Made by a program: the position numbers and the translations under genes
The notes under the pieces: model-generated
Databases searched by the model: none
What the model was told of the DNA's origin: nothing
The model's input: only the letters and a program-made list of their open reading frames with translations
Part shown: positions 1-12,508 of the stretch, piece by piece
Numbering within the stretch: the stretch's first letter is position 1
Layout: every line of letters begins with the position of its first letter
Origin: Octopus sinensis
Lineage: Eukaryota
DNA length: 64,000 nt
Direction: 5' to 3'
Assembly (NCBI RefSeq): GCF_006345805.1
Contig: NC_043008.1
Span: 63,302,001 to 63,366,000 of the forward strand

Positions 1-525
1 ATTTTGGGTGCATTCCATCAAAACCTGTGTAGGAGATATGAAGATATAAATGATTTAATAACATCTTGAGCATTTGTTTCCATTTTCTATTTCACATACA
101 TTAATATATATATATAGATAGATAATGATTTAGATATGTATATACATGCTTGTATGTATGTAAAATCTAATTAATTCATTTGCTGTTATCCACTTCATTT
201 TATGCTCTTCAAACATTGTACAAACACACACATACATGTACAAGAACAAGGACACACACACATGCACACATGTGGAGATTGTTGCACATTTTCTCACACA
301 CTTGGTGAAATGAATGGTATTCATCTAAATTATTTCTATAAGAAGTTTTCTTTGCAATTACTAGTGGGAAATTGATCGCTCTTTAACTTCTTTATTTCTT
401 TGTTAACTTTTCAAAATATGAATAGGAATATAAAAATTTTATATATAACAAAAAAAAATAAATAAATAGAAATTTAATAAGATTATTTACAAAAATAATC
501 ACCTCAACACCCCAGACACACCTAC

Positions 526-594
526 CGGTAAATTTTCCATCAGATTCGGTAATGTCTTTAAGTTTTCTGCTTATTTGACCAAAGCAAGCAATGC
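526..594 (-). CDS. Candidate 69-nt internal coding exon (phase 1-1), (G)IACFGQISRKLKDITESDGKFT(G); host gene unidentified
   Basis: Minus strand: tttactgtcag| acceptor and |gtaggt donor; only one of three frames is open. Confidence 0.4.
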
Positions 595-1004
595 CTGACA
601 GTAAATTACACACAACTGAATGAGACAACATTTCAATAAAAGAAAAAAAAAGTTTATTTCACTATGTGTCTGCAAGTGGTGTTCAATGAGCATGAAAAAT
701 CATTGATTTTTCAAACATTCTGACAAGTACAAGACAGTCCAAAACTAGCTGTAGATCATTACCAAACAATTAGAGTTTATAAAGAATAACAACTTTTCAA
801 TTTAGATAGTTTCAGCGCTTATTCAAATGCATCAATGCTAGCTAATTCTTCTGGACATAAAAGACTAATCTGTTGACTCTATTAACTACAGAAGAATTTG
901 ATTTTAATCTACTTCTAAGTTGTTGCTATTGATTTTCAACTTCTTACATTGATCTTCTCCATACACCATATTGTGATGGATGCATTTGCATAGGTGAGGC
1001 AAGT

Positions 1005-1014
1005 GTCAGCATAC

Positions 1015-1083
<69 letters not shown>

Positions 1084-1089
1084 CATGTG

Positions 1090-1135
<46 letters not shown>

Positions 1136-1345
1136 TGTATGTATGTATGCATGTATGTATATATATCCACACATACACACGTCTGTATACATACATGTAT
1201 ATGTATGTACATATGTATGTCTGCACACACATGCATGGATACACATACATATATATAAATCTGTTGTGTGTGTGTATGCTTGTATATGTGTGGATATATA
1301 TTTCGGTGTGGAGATGTATATATTTGTGTGTATGTGAGAGTGTAG
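1005..1345. repeat. Compound (TA)n/(TATG)n/(TG)n microsatellite
   Basis: Direct inspection; source of the YI/MYVC pseudo-ORFs. Confidence 0.95.
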
Positions 1346-1663
1346 CCATGCAAATAAATGCAATAGAAAGTAAGTGGTTTATATAAAACAGAATTGATAG
1401 AAAAACAGGATATGTATATATATATATATATAAAGTGTGGTATATATAAACCACAATGGCAACATATAAACCAAATTTTTGAAGAAACATTGAATGTATG
1501 AACAGATTATGTAATGTAAAATAAATATTAGGGTGGAGCCTTTTAGTGCCTTGTGCTTCAAACTGTGATTTGTGGAAGATCAGAACATCATAGGCAAAAG
1601 GAAGAAGCTGTATATAAAGGAGAAATACAAGGCAGACATGATTGACTCCAGAGTTTTTTTTTA

Positions 1664-2017
1664 TTACTTGTTTCAGTCATTTGACTGTGGCCATGCTGGA
1701 GCACTGCCTTTAATCAAGAAAATCGACCTCAGGATCTATTCTTTGTAAGCCTAGTACTTATTATATCGGTCTCATTTTGCCGAACTGCTAAGTTACGGGG
1801 ACATAAACATCGGTTGTCAAGCAATGTTGGGAAGGGGGAAAAAACAAACACACACACATATACGACGGGCTTCTTTCAGTTTCCGTCTACCAAAACCACT
1901 CACAAGGCTTTGGTCGGCCCGAGGCTATAGCAGAAGACACTTGCCCAAGGTGCCACACAGTGGGAGTGAACCCAGAACCATGTGGTTCGTAAGCAAGCTA
2001 CTTATCACACAGCCACC
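1664..2017 (-). mobile_element. SINE family A (tRNA-derived head, CORE-like centre), near full length
   Basis: Reverse complement of the unit gtggctgtgtggtaag...ggcaccttgggcaagtgtcttc...gactgaaacaagta, repeated about 20 times in the window. Confidence 0.85.
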
Positions 2018-2241
2018 ATTTCAAAATATCATTCCACGTGTTGCTTGAAGAATTGTAGAATAAACTTCTTTAGGTGGGACATGAAAAATAACTCCAAATC
2101 AGTATTTAAAAGACTGAGGAATCCTGCGAAGATGTTCCTTATTTCAGATAAGAGGAAGGAAAAATTGTGGTCTTTGACTTGGGCAAGTTCAAAACGAACA
2201 GTTTGAATTTGCATTTGGAGAAGACTTTGTCTTTTAAACAC

Positions 2242-2313
2242 CAGATGTATTTTGAAAGTATTGAAGCCAATCTTCTATCTTCTTATCTAAACCTGTATCT
2301 ATGCTCAATATAC
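2242..2313 (-). CDS. Candidate 72-nt exon (G)ILSIDTGLDKKIEDWLQYFQNTS(G), or terminal exon ending GV-stop at 2234
   Basis: Good acceptor ttttcatacttcag| and a single open frame; putative donor |gtgttt is weak. Confidence 0.3.
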
Positions 2314-2754
2314 CTGAAGTATGAAAACTACATAGCATATTATGTCATTAATGTTATTAAGGGTGGAAACCTTTACAGAGTAAGCAGTACTTTTCTGAAA
2401 GCATTTACTGTATGCATGTATCAATGTGTTTTATGTTTTTACTGCCTTTCCTATTGTCCCTGTTTCATAAACAGTTTATTAAACAGACAAGTCCCTGTTT
2501 AAAAGCTTATGTATTTGAAAATTGCAAATTTTCACAAAACATTCTAAAATTAGTTCTTATTCAAACATTCTAGAAAGGAAGGCAGCTCATTTGGTATAAG
2601 GAAAAAATTCCCTCATTTTAAGTTATTCTGTCAAGTGCCATGTTTGGAATTTTTGGCCCTTCAGTCAATTTTGGAAATATTTTAGAGATTAAGAAATATA
2701 GAAAGTATAGATACACACAAACTCAGTTCTATTTTCCTTATTTATTCTACCAAA

Positions 2755-2978
2755 CAAGACATACATACATACATACATACATACATGCATTCATACATAA
2801 ATAGATACATACATAAATATATACGTACATAGACACATTCATAAATACATACATATATATACATATCATATAGGGATACATATATGTCCACAAATACATT
2901 AACATATCTTCTTTATATATCACTTCTCATAAGAAATCTATATTCATACTATTCATACATACATATTCGTACATATAT

Positions 2979-3074
<96 letters not shown>

Positions 3075-3171
3075 TATATACATATGCATTTAAATATATA
3101 TATAGATATAGATATACATACACAAATACATACATAATACATAAATACATACATATATATACACATTCTAC

Positions 3172-3266
<95 letters not shown>

Positions 3267-3290
3267 TGTATATGTACACAAATACATTAA
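2755..3290. repeat. Compound (ACAT)n/(TA)n/(TCTA)n microsatellite
   Basis: Direct inspection. Confidence 0.95.
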
Positions 3291-4020
3291 CATATATTCT
3301 TTAAATATTAACTCTTATAAAACATCTAATCTTCTTGTTTACACTGTTATTATAACAATCTCCAAACCCCAATCTACACAAGAAGGAAAAAGAACTTGTA
3401 ATAAAGTTTTCCTTCCATACTTCCCTCACTCTAAAAATGCTCTTCAATCTGTTTCTACTTTAAATCTGATGAGAATATTCAAAGAGTATTTCTCTTTCTT
3501 TTTTAATAACGATAATCTCTTAACCTTAAATCTCTAAGTACTTGCGGTATATAACAACCGTTCTTACAATAAAACCAAAATGAATGTTTTAGAACAGTAC
3601 AAGAATATGCAGTCAAATCTGTTTCGGGGAGTGCCATTTTAAAATGTTTCTTTCATATTATCGATTTTATACTTCACCTAACTATCTCTTTTGCAGATAA
3701 AAAGGTGTTTTCAAAAGTGTTATAAATCATACAGTTATTGATTCTATGGTGTGTGAGAAAATTTGCAACAACACAGCTATCAAGTGAAAAGAAATCTAAC
3801 TGGAAACATTCAGTAATCAATTTTGGCACGCTTTTTAAAGTGTCACCACTCTTTTAGAGTGTGTTTCCCATTCTTCATACAACCATAGTTAAGGATTTTT
3901 TGTTTACCGTTTGTATTTGGAATATAAAGTTCACTTCATCCTCCACCCTCTACAGAGCTTCGTGCTTGACGACTGCATGTTGCCAACCAGCACACAAAAA
4001 TTTACTGAAAAATGTTTTAT

Positions 4021-4185
4021 AGGTGCAGGTGTGGCTGTCTGGTAAGAAACTTGCTTTTCAACCATATGGTTGTAGGTTCAGTCTCACTGCATGGCACCTT
4101 GTACAAATGCCTTCTACTATAGCTTCAGGCCAACCAAATTCTTGTGAGTGGATTTGGTAGATGGAAACTGAAAGCAGCCTATCAT
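4021..4185 (+). mobile_element. SINE family A, 5' half, followed by (TA)n
   Basis: Similarity to other family A copies. Confidence 0.8.
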
Positions 4186-4268
4186 ATATATATATATATA
4201 CACACGCATACACAGACACACACATATATATATATGTATGTGTGTATATATATATATATGTATATATG

Positions 4269-4299
<31 letters not shown>

Positions 4300-4304
4300 G
4301 TGTG

Positions 4305-4338
<34 letters not shown>

Positions 4339-4404
4339 TTATATATATATATATATTATATATATATATATATATGTATATACATATATATATGTACATA
4401 TATA

Positions 4405-4594
4405 CTGTTGTGTCTGAGGAGAGTCATTCTCTTTTGGTGCCTAATAATTTAACACACTCACTGGTAAAATTTCCACTTATTTCTTTTTTCTTTTTTCTTT
4501 TTTATTTTTCTACGTAGAAATTTTACCGGTAAGTGTATTAAATTATAAGGCACCAAAAGCATCAAAAGAGGACAACTCTACCCAGACACAACAG
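4405..4594. repeat. Imperfect inverted repeat, same family as 26394-26661 (probable Penelope-like pLTR remnant)
   Basis: ctgttgtgtctg...acacactcactggtaaaattt versus aaattttaccggtaagtgtatt...cagacacaacag. Confidence 0.7.
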
Positions 4595-4679
4595 AATATG
4601 CTTCAACACAGGAACTCACATAAAGAACCTTGCAAACCAAATCCAAAAACGAAATATATATATATATATATAACAATCT

Positions 4680-4895
4680 ATCAGTCACCATGATAGATCG
4701 TTAGCCACTACACGCATATTTTTCTCTCCTTGTTTTTTTCTGCATCCCTTTCTGTAGAAGAGCGTAGGCTTGAAACATAAAAAACTTTTTTCTATTCCTG
4801 AGCGTTATACTAATGCATCTGTTCGTTTTGAACACTACCTGTCTTCGTCTTTTGTTTTTTTCGTAAACTCTCCCGATATATAAATCCTCATTATC
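4680..4895 (+). mobile_element. Probable Penelope-like pseudo-LTR fragment containing a hammerhead-like motif (4748-4783)
   Basis: Same family at 20235-20425 (-), 32635-32815 (+) and partly 40860-40950; motif cttt ctgtaga a gagc gtag gctt gaaa. Confidence 0.6.
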
Positions 4896-5353
4896 ATCAT
4901 CATTGTTTAATGTCGACTTTCCATACTGGCACACACAAACACACACATATACATATACATATATGTGTGTACGTGCATGTATATATGTATGTATATATGC
5001 CTCCTTCATTGCTTGTTTTTTTTCCTGCATACTTTCACTTGCAGATATTGACATTAGACATAACATCAGCATCAAAACGAAGACTCTACAAAAATTTGCC
5101 AAGGTCAAAGACACCACCCTGCTCCCTGTAACGTATATTAAATCATTTGAAATAAACTACATCGACCAAGAATCAAAGCCAGTTTACAAGTTACCCAAGT
5201 AGTTTTCAATAAGAATAGTCTATCGTAGAATGTCATTAACCCTTTGAGCCGATAACACAGGTTTACTGGTGGATGGCATATTTTTCTCTATACAGTAGCA
5301 CAGCTCTGCTGGTGGAGTGCATCTGCACTAAAGTGCAACAATTTATTTTTATA

Positions 5354-5712
5354 TTATTTACATTATTTACATTTGACGGATATTTTTTCTCATCTTGTTT
5401 GTTGTTAACACAACGTTTCGGCTGATTTACCCTCCAGCCTTCATCAGGTGTCTTGAGTTCGATTCCAGGCAGTGATTTGAATAATAATAATAATGATAAT
5501 AATGATGATGATGATGATGATGAGGAGGAGGAGGAGGAGAAGAAGAAGAAGAGAAGAAGATCGAAAAATACCTTATGAATGAGAACCTAGGTTTGAAATT
5601 TCCTTGAGACACCTGATGAAGCCTGAAGGGTATATCAGCCAAAATGTTGTGTTAACAACAAACAAGATGAGGACAAATATCTGTCAAATGTAAATAATGT
5701 AAATAATGTACA
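5354..5712. mobile_element. Inverted pair of Penelope-like pLTR arms separated by a trinucleotide microsatellite
   Basis: Arms of about 100 bp (5354-5455, 5605-5712) are reverse complements. Confidence 0.75.
5407..5452 (-). ncRNA. Minimal type I hammerhead ribozyme motif
   Basis: GACAC CUGAUGA A GGCUG gagggu aaau CAGCC GAAA CG UU GUGUU: intact core, 5-bp stems I and II. The plus-strand twin at 5608-5653 is decayed (GAAA to AAAA). Confidence 0.75.
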
Positions 5713-7194
5713 TAATTCCTCATCTCTTAAATATAGAACTGATTTATTTTTATTCTGTCAGAATGCTCATTCACCCTGCAACTATAGGATGATAAAATTA
5801 AACATCTGCTGCCTTTCTAAGTTGAATGTGGCTTGTTTTGATGTCGGTTCAGGAGGTCAGGGCTCAAAGAGTTAAACGTTTTCCATTTATCTTGTTAGCA
5901 TCAATAGAAAGGTACCTATTCAAGGTGGTGCATTAAGGGAAATGTAAGAACATCTGACCAGGTGCCTTGTGGTATTTGTTCTAGCTCTTTGCATTCTGAG
6001 TTCAAATCCTGCCTACTTGGATAGCAGATTAATTCTGTCATGGTTTAACTCCATTCTCTGGCACATTGGGTAATTTTAGCAGAGTTCACTCTTACACACA
6101 TGGAGAACAGATCTCTGGTTTAAGGATACCTTCCTCCTCCCTTCCATTCCATCAATCTCAGATACCCTCTAATGGGTCATGAACATTGCCTTTTCTACTA
6201 ACTAAACTATTAAAAACAAAAACAGGAAAAAAAAAGAAACCAAACAAAAAAACATCAAAAACAAACGAAGCAGATTCCAAAACAGCTTTTCCCTTTGATA
6301 TGGTATTTTACACATTATGGTCGAAACATTGCATCATATATTTGAGTTTAGATTTTCAATAGCAGTTGATAGACACTTCAAATCATCATTGATTGCATTT
6401 TATTAATTTGCACATGCATTCAATATTTGGTAATTAATATTATACTTATCAGATTTGATAGGTTCTAATCTATAGACCTATATAAACAATACGGTGTGTA
6501 ACATGAAAGGTGAATCATATTGGAATCAAACCATGAATTTATTGTGGACTGGAAGTTTATATTTCAATTTTATTTTGTTTGCATTGATTTTTGAGGTAAC
6601 ATCAGAAGACCTTTTTCAATTAATTGTATTATTTATACGTGGGAAGTAATTAGTGATATTGACATAATAGTGTGATATGATACTCATAAACACAGAGAAG
6701 ACCCCCTCTTTATTCATTCTTTTCTCCTTCTGTTAAATGTTTCACTACCAGCATTGTCGAAAATCAAAATTATTTACTAATCAATTCATTGCATTAGTCA
6801 CCCTTTTCTTTACATATTTCACCATGATGGCTGTGTGGTTAAGATGTTATGCTTGCAACTGTGTAGTTTCACTTTCAATTACCCTGCACATCACTGAGGA
6901 CAAATGTCTTCTATTACATCAGATCATTACCTAATATATTCTGAGTAAAATTTGTTAGATGGAAACTGGAGGGAATAATACTAAAGTTACCCTTCCAGCT
7001 GTCCTTGAATGGTAGACAAAATGGAGGTTTTATCAAGTAGACGTTGCTATTAATACTAATTGTAAACTTATAAATCCAGCAAAAACAGAAATTGATCAAT
7101 TGAGTTAAAAGACCTCATGGAATTTATATACACATGATCAGAGACAAACAAGAGTCCAGCACAGTCATCAGCTGGTTCAGAAGCATAAATAATA

Positions 7195-7515
7195 AGATAA
7201 GGTAAGGGTAAAGACCCCCTTTGATTATGAACGACCATGGGATTGCACCTAGAAAGTTCCCTTCTGAGGCACGAATCCAGGCAAGGTTGTTTATGGAAGA
7301 CTGGCAATCACCCATGCATAGCAGCCTCCTCTTTCCACACCACCGATGTTGTTCAAGGGAAAGGCACAGGTTGATACAGCTTGGCACCAGTGACTGAGCT
7401 GGAGCAATGTGAAATAAAGTGTTTGCTCAAGAACACAACACAGTCTGGTCTGAGAATCGAACTCACTACCTCACGATTGTGTGTCAAACACTCTAACAAC
7501 TGAGCCATGCACCTT
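7195..7515 (-). mobile_element. tRNA-derived SINE (distinct family; partial relative at 48225-48410)
   Basis: Reverse complement begins gaaggtgcatggctcagttgttagagtg...gttcgattctcagacc (A/B-box-like). Confidence 0.7.
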
Positions 7516-7562
7516 CATAAATAATAAATTAAGGGAGAAAATACCCTCAATTCCATCCATAG

Positions 7563-7636
7563 CAAATACAAGCAATTGACACTTGAGCACCCCTTGAGTA
7601 CATCGGGTGGAGTAAAAGCTGTTGCAAGCATTCAGG
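7563..7636 (+). CDS. Candidate 74-nt exon KYKQLTLEHPLSTSGGVKAVASIQ(G)
   Basis: ttccatccatag| acceptor, strong cagg|gtaagt donor, open frame; opposite strand to the other candidates. Confidence 0.3.
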
Positions 7637-7839
7637 GTAAGTTTACAATTTGAGGATTACTTTTTCTCTTTGTAAAAAAACAAGAGAATACAAAAATGGA
7701 GTTACGGGAAAGAACAAAAAGATATAAATCTTCTGATGATTCATCAATTTAATTCTACAAGGGTAATCCCAAAAGTAAGGTCTCCAAAAATATTTAGATA
7801 TCCCAGAAATGTTTATTGTCAGTGATTTTTACATCATTG

Positions 7840-8085
7840 GATATCAAGTGATGTTGGGGCCACAAATACAGACACACAAACATATACACACATACATCAA
7901 AGATACATACATATGTATATATACACAATGGGCTTCTTTCAGTTTCCGTCTACCAAATCCACTCACAAGAGTTTGGTCTGCCCAACGGTATAGAAGTAGA
8001 CACTTGCCCGAGGTGCCACACAGTAGGACTGAACCTGAAACCATGTGGTTGGTAAGAAAGCTACTTACCACACAGCTACTCTTGT
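7840..8085 (-). mobile_element. SINE family A, partial
   Basis: Similarity to other copies. Confidence 0.8.
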
Positions 8086-8094
8086 GTCTTAAAT

Positions 8095-8312
8095 AAGGGA
8101 TGTTGCAAAGCTTCTAGTTTTGGCTAAAAGAAAATACAGGACAATCAGTTAATTATGATTTTATCCAACATGTTACCTTCTCAGATTCACACATTTATTG
8201 CAGCATTCCTTCAGTTTTCCAAAGTCCTGTAAAAGAACTGGAAAGTTTGGGCCTCTAATTAGGCCTTTCATGATACCCTTAAAGCCAGGAACTTTTCAGC
8301 ACCACCGCTTAT
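8095..8312 (-). mobile_element. mariner-derived MITE (family of 57254-57686)
   Basis: Ends ccaggaacttttcagcacc, the reverse complement of the 57474 terminus; shared internal sequence. Confidence 0.6.
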
Positions 8313-8499
8313 ATATTCATACATGTGTGTGTACACATATCAACAACTGGCTTAGTATAGTTTCCATATACCAAATTCCCTCTAAAGATCGTGGCTAGCC
8401 AGGAGTTATAGTAGAAGATATTGCTCAAGCAGATGTGCAATTGGATTGAACTTGAATTCATAGGACTGCATGGCAAAATTCTTAAGCATATAGCTACAT

Positions 8500-8538
<39 letters not shown>

Positions 8539-8546
8539 TATATATT

Positions 8547-8754
8547 CTTTTACTTGTTTCAGTCATGTAACTGTGGCCATGCTGGAGCACTGCCTTTAGT
8601 TGAGCAAATCGACCCTAGGATTTATTCTTTGTAAGCCTATTACTTATTCTATTGGTCTCTTTTGCCGAAACACTAAGTTACGGGGATGTAAACACACCAG
8701 CATCAGTTGTCAAGCGATGTTGGTGGGGACAAACACACACACACACAAACGTAT

Positions 8755-8790
<36 letters not shown>

Positions 8791-8950
8791 ATATATACGA
8801 CAGGCTTCTTTCAGTTTCCGTCTACCAAATCCACTCACAAGCTTTGGTTGACCCGAGGCTATAGTAGAAGTCACTTGCCCAAGGTGCCATGCAGTGGGAC
8901 TGAACCCGGAACCATGTGGTTCGTAAGCAAGCTACTTACCACACAGCAAC
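8547..8950 (-). mobile_element. SINE family A, full length
   Basis: Similarity to other copies. Confidence 0.85.
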
Positions 8951-9439
8951 TCCTAGAGAAGTAGACACATGCGTATACGCACAAGCACAAACCCAAACAC
9001 ATACGATCATGAGTTTCTATGTATGCGTTTGCTTGCACCTGCGTGTGTGTGTATGTGTCTATGCAGGTGTCTAGATGTATGCTTATATGTAACTAAATGT
9101 GTGTATGTATCTGTGTGTCTGTGCATGTGTGCATGTGTGTGTGTATGTGTGTGTGTCTGTGTCTGTGTGTGTATTGTATTAATAATATTGTTGTAATTAC
9201 ATTTTACCGAATGATTATACTAGGCAATATGGACAGTTTTCAGAATGATTGCTTAGATCAAAGATGTAATATTGAGAGAATGCTTCACAGAACTAGATAT
9301 TGTAGTCAAACAATACTCTTCATTATAGCTTGCTTCTATCACTGCCTTTAAACATTCGGGCAGACTGTGATTCCAGAAATTCTGCTAAACTAATATGCTG
9401 CTGTTCTCTAATAATTGCCGATATTGACTAACACTAATA

Positions 9440-9602
9440 TAGGACCTTTCTATATATGTCTACAAACACACACACACATATGTGCACACACACACACATA
9501 CACACTCACACACACACACACACACAAACACACACTCACACATGGCAGCATGTATTGGTGTGTATATATATATGTATATATATACACACACACATACACA
9601 CA

Positions 9603-9685
<83 letters not shown>

Positions 9686-9718
9686 TATATATATAAATAT
9701 ATATATATAATATATATA

Positions 9719-9759
<41 letters not shown>

Positions 9760-9795
9760 AAAATATATATATATGTAAAAATATATATATGTATG

Positions 9796-9852
<57 letters not shown>

Positions 9853-9975
9853 ACGCACATACATATATATGTGTATGTATGTATGCTTATATGTATATAT
9901 GTGTGTATGCATGGCATGCATGTATGTATTCATGTATGCGTGTGTGAGTATGTATGTATGTATGTATGCATATAT
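9440..9975. repeat. Compound (CA)n/(TA)n/(TATG)n microsatellite
   Basis: Direct inspection. Confidence 0.95.
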
Positions 9976-10329
9976 GTAAGTGCAAACGGTGAAATTTGGT
10001 GATGCTTAGGTATCAAAACTGACCATACAATTATACATAGACACTTATATGCAAAAGACAGCTGGATAGCAATTAAGGGAGGTTTTGCCACTATTTCCAT
10101 CAGAAATAGCTACAAAGTACAGACGTACATTAGAGAACAGACTGTTGTTTGATGAAGATGCTGCTCCAGCCACGTCTGTGGATATAGTTTATGGGATAAT
10201 CTTCAGATTTTGGTTATACATTACAGGATTCTTGTTTTGTGATTGATGTATTTCTGAAATATTTTTGTTGGCCATTTGCTCATTCTTAAGTCTTGGAATA
10301 AACATATTCTTTGTTATATGGAAGAGACG

Positions 10330-12070
10330 ATCAGATTCTTGAAGCACCAACACATGCTGAGTCTGAGAAAAGTCAGAATCTATCAGAATAATTCCAACAG
10401 CATTTCATGATTGCCCTCGGGATTTATTAACAGCCATAGCTAAACTACAGATGACAGGAAATTGAAGATTATAAAAGCAAAACCGTTGGTTTAAGAGGTA
10501 TTTGAGGAATGAATCATCTAGTTTCAGTAAGTTTTTCGGACATGACTTTGATCTCCAGGACATAATTCATTTTATTTTTGATGGTGAGTATTTTGTCAGC
10601 ATAAAAGTTTTGGAGGATTTAACCCTTTCATTACTGTATTTATTTTGAGATGCTTTGTGTTTCTTTCACGTACTTTAAAAATAACAAAGAATTTAGTAAA
10701 ATTACTTAGTTATCATTAAGTTAGTGTTAAGAACATAAATTGATACTAAGGTTTGGTAGAAGATTTTAATTCAAAATTTATGAAGACAAGACCTTTGTAC
10801 TTAGAGCCAAGGCTGGTTTCAGCCAGGTTGATAACAGAAGGGTTAATGTACGAAATAGCATAATGATGCCCCAAGTCTCAGCATCAGGCTAGATAGTATG
10901 TTTGTGTTGGTTGGATATATACACCGTCAGTTTCTAATCCAAGTTAGATTAGGAACTGACTGTGTATATATTAAACTGTAATAGATCTCCTCTCCATGTT
11001 TCATACCTGATAGCTTCTTAAGATTTTGACATATTTTGGTGTCAAGTTTGCTTGTTCAGAGAGCCACTTAGGATTGCAGTCTGATGTTAGTGTTTAGGTT
11101 AGTTTCAAAACTGTGACCAGAAATAATTGAATTTGTTCATTTTAGTTCATTACAGAAAATTCATTTCTCACCTGGATTAGTATTATGTCACTCACAATCC
11201 ACATTATTGTAAGTGTACTCACACATTGCTGGTAGGATTTAGTCAATGCATATGACACCAAAGATAATACATTTTGACTTTGGACTCCTCTTTGATTTTC
11301 AAACAGGTTTCATCTGAAATCACAAGCAAAATTAATTCCTTGTATTATTTACATTTAGTCTCTCAAAACCTGTTTTGTTCAATCCAAGTAATCAGATGTT
11401 TACTTGTGCTTCATGATGGCTTTTTAGCAGCACAAGCAGTCAGCGCTATATTGGATGAGATCTTGCAGCAGCCATTGCCATCTCCAAGACTGGAGCAAGA
11501 CCTCACCTGCACCCATTTGCCATGCATGAGATCACAACGAGGTTTGTGATGACAAACTGTATATAAGTGCAAAACAGAAACAGATTCGCTCTCTCTCTCT
11601 CCGCTTCTACGCAGCAGCGCTTGCTGAGCACACTTCACTGGCTGGGCCTGTCTGCTTGTTGTACCTCCAGAGGCAATGTGCCCACACTAATGGAGATACA
11701 ACACAACGCACACAGCTTGAGATGGTTACTGAGAGCAACACACTTCACCTATTCTGTGAAACTTGCAAATAAACCAGTTATAAATTGCATTTGTACTTAT
11801 AGACTTCTTTCTTCACCTGCCGGAGCCTGTACTACACAAAGAACAATATTCTCCTGATATCGTGAACCCTGCTTTCCATTATAGCTTCATCATAAATAGA
11901 CAAAGCCTGCCTTTCAGTGAGTTTGTGATTCTGTACAGAGGCTTTCTTAGGTCGTGTGAATTTAGGTATCATTGAAACTTGAAGTGTACAGTTCTTTCCT
12001 CATCCCAAAGAACTGCCACACTCTTGTTTGATGCTGTAGTGAGGTCAGTTTACATCTTATGGCAAATGTT
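10330..12070 (-). pseudogene. Fossil Helitron Pif1-like helicase, heavily degraded
   Basis: Manual translation: TTASNKSVAVLWDEERTVHFKF (about 12040-11970), LSIYDEAIM (about 11900), FIPQIPLKP..LQFPVICSLAMAVNKSRGQS..VGASRI (10510-10330). These match Helitron motifs AVASSGIAATLL..GRTAHS.FK, IIWDEAPM, FIPRIP, LQFPVRLAFAMTINKSQGQS and YVxxSRV in the expected order. Confidence 0.7.
10623..10842 (+). mobile_element. 220-bp piggyBac-like MITE
   Basis: ttaa|ccctttc ... gaaggg|ttaa; copies at 17422-17641 and 46407-46626. Confidence 0.8.
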
Positions 12071-12309
12071 TGCAAGTAAAAGATTTATAGGGACAATCTA
12101 AAATGTACCATCAGGAGTATCAATGAAAAATAATACTTGCTTGTCAATTTTAATGCTGCTCAGAATGATATGAGAAACATGAATCTGGTCTTCAATAAAT
12201 CAAAGTTTATTTTCAACTCAGATCTAGTGGGGCATTTTGGTATGTGAGTGTATGTGTGTGTATGTATGTGTTTGCGTGTGTGTGTGTGTGCACGTGTACA
12301 TGTGTGTGC

Positions 12310-12346
<37 letters not shown>

Positions 12347-12508
12347 TGTTGGGTATTTTGTTGTAAGTGGGGTTAGATGTGTATTTATAAATATGAGTGA
12401 GGTAGTAAGGTGCCTCTTAAACAAAGTTATACAATGGTTATCTTTGTCAAATGAATATTTTAACAGTTAAGGCAAGTTCTTGTTCATGTTGGAGATAATA
12501 TATATATA

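Larger units (their letters stand above)
5240..5871. mobile_element. piggyBac-like MITE (TTAA target sites) hosting a nested hammerhead palindrome
   Basis: ttaa|ccctttgagcc ... ggctcaaagag|ttaa. Confidence 0.65.

Noticed and set aside
945-1005. Minus-strand segment ending in a good donor (caat|gtaaga)
   Set aside because: No acceptor upstream (microsatellite without AG); frame cannot be assigned
936-1490. Many 60-270 aa ORFs rich in YI/HT/MYVC (also at 2.9, 4.1, 9.5, 27.5, 38-39, 42.6 and 63 kb)
   Set aside because: Translations of di- and tetranucleotide microsatellites that lack stop codons
3560-4000. Minus-strand frame with few stops that looks like a decayed ORF
   Set aside because: No recognisable motif; cannot be assigned without a search
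5044-5202. Plus-strand acceptor followed by a 53-codon open frame (DIDIRHN...YKLPK)
   Set aside because: Two frames are plausible, the donor is weak and it is not phase-compatible with the 7563 candidate
10128-10174. Possible 47-nt minus exon (DVAGAASSSNNSLFSN)
   Set aside because: An equally plausible open frame exists on the plus strand; ambiguous
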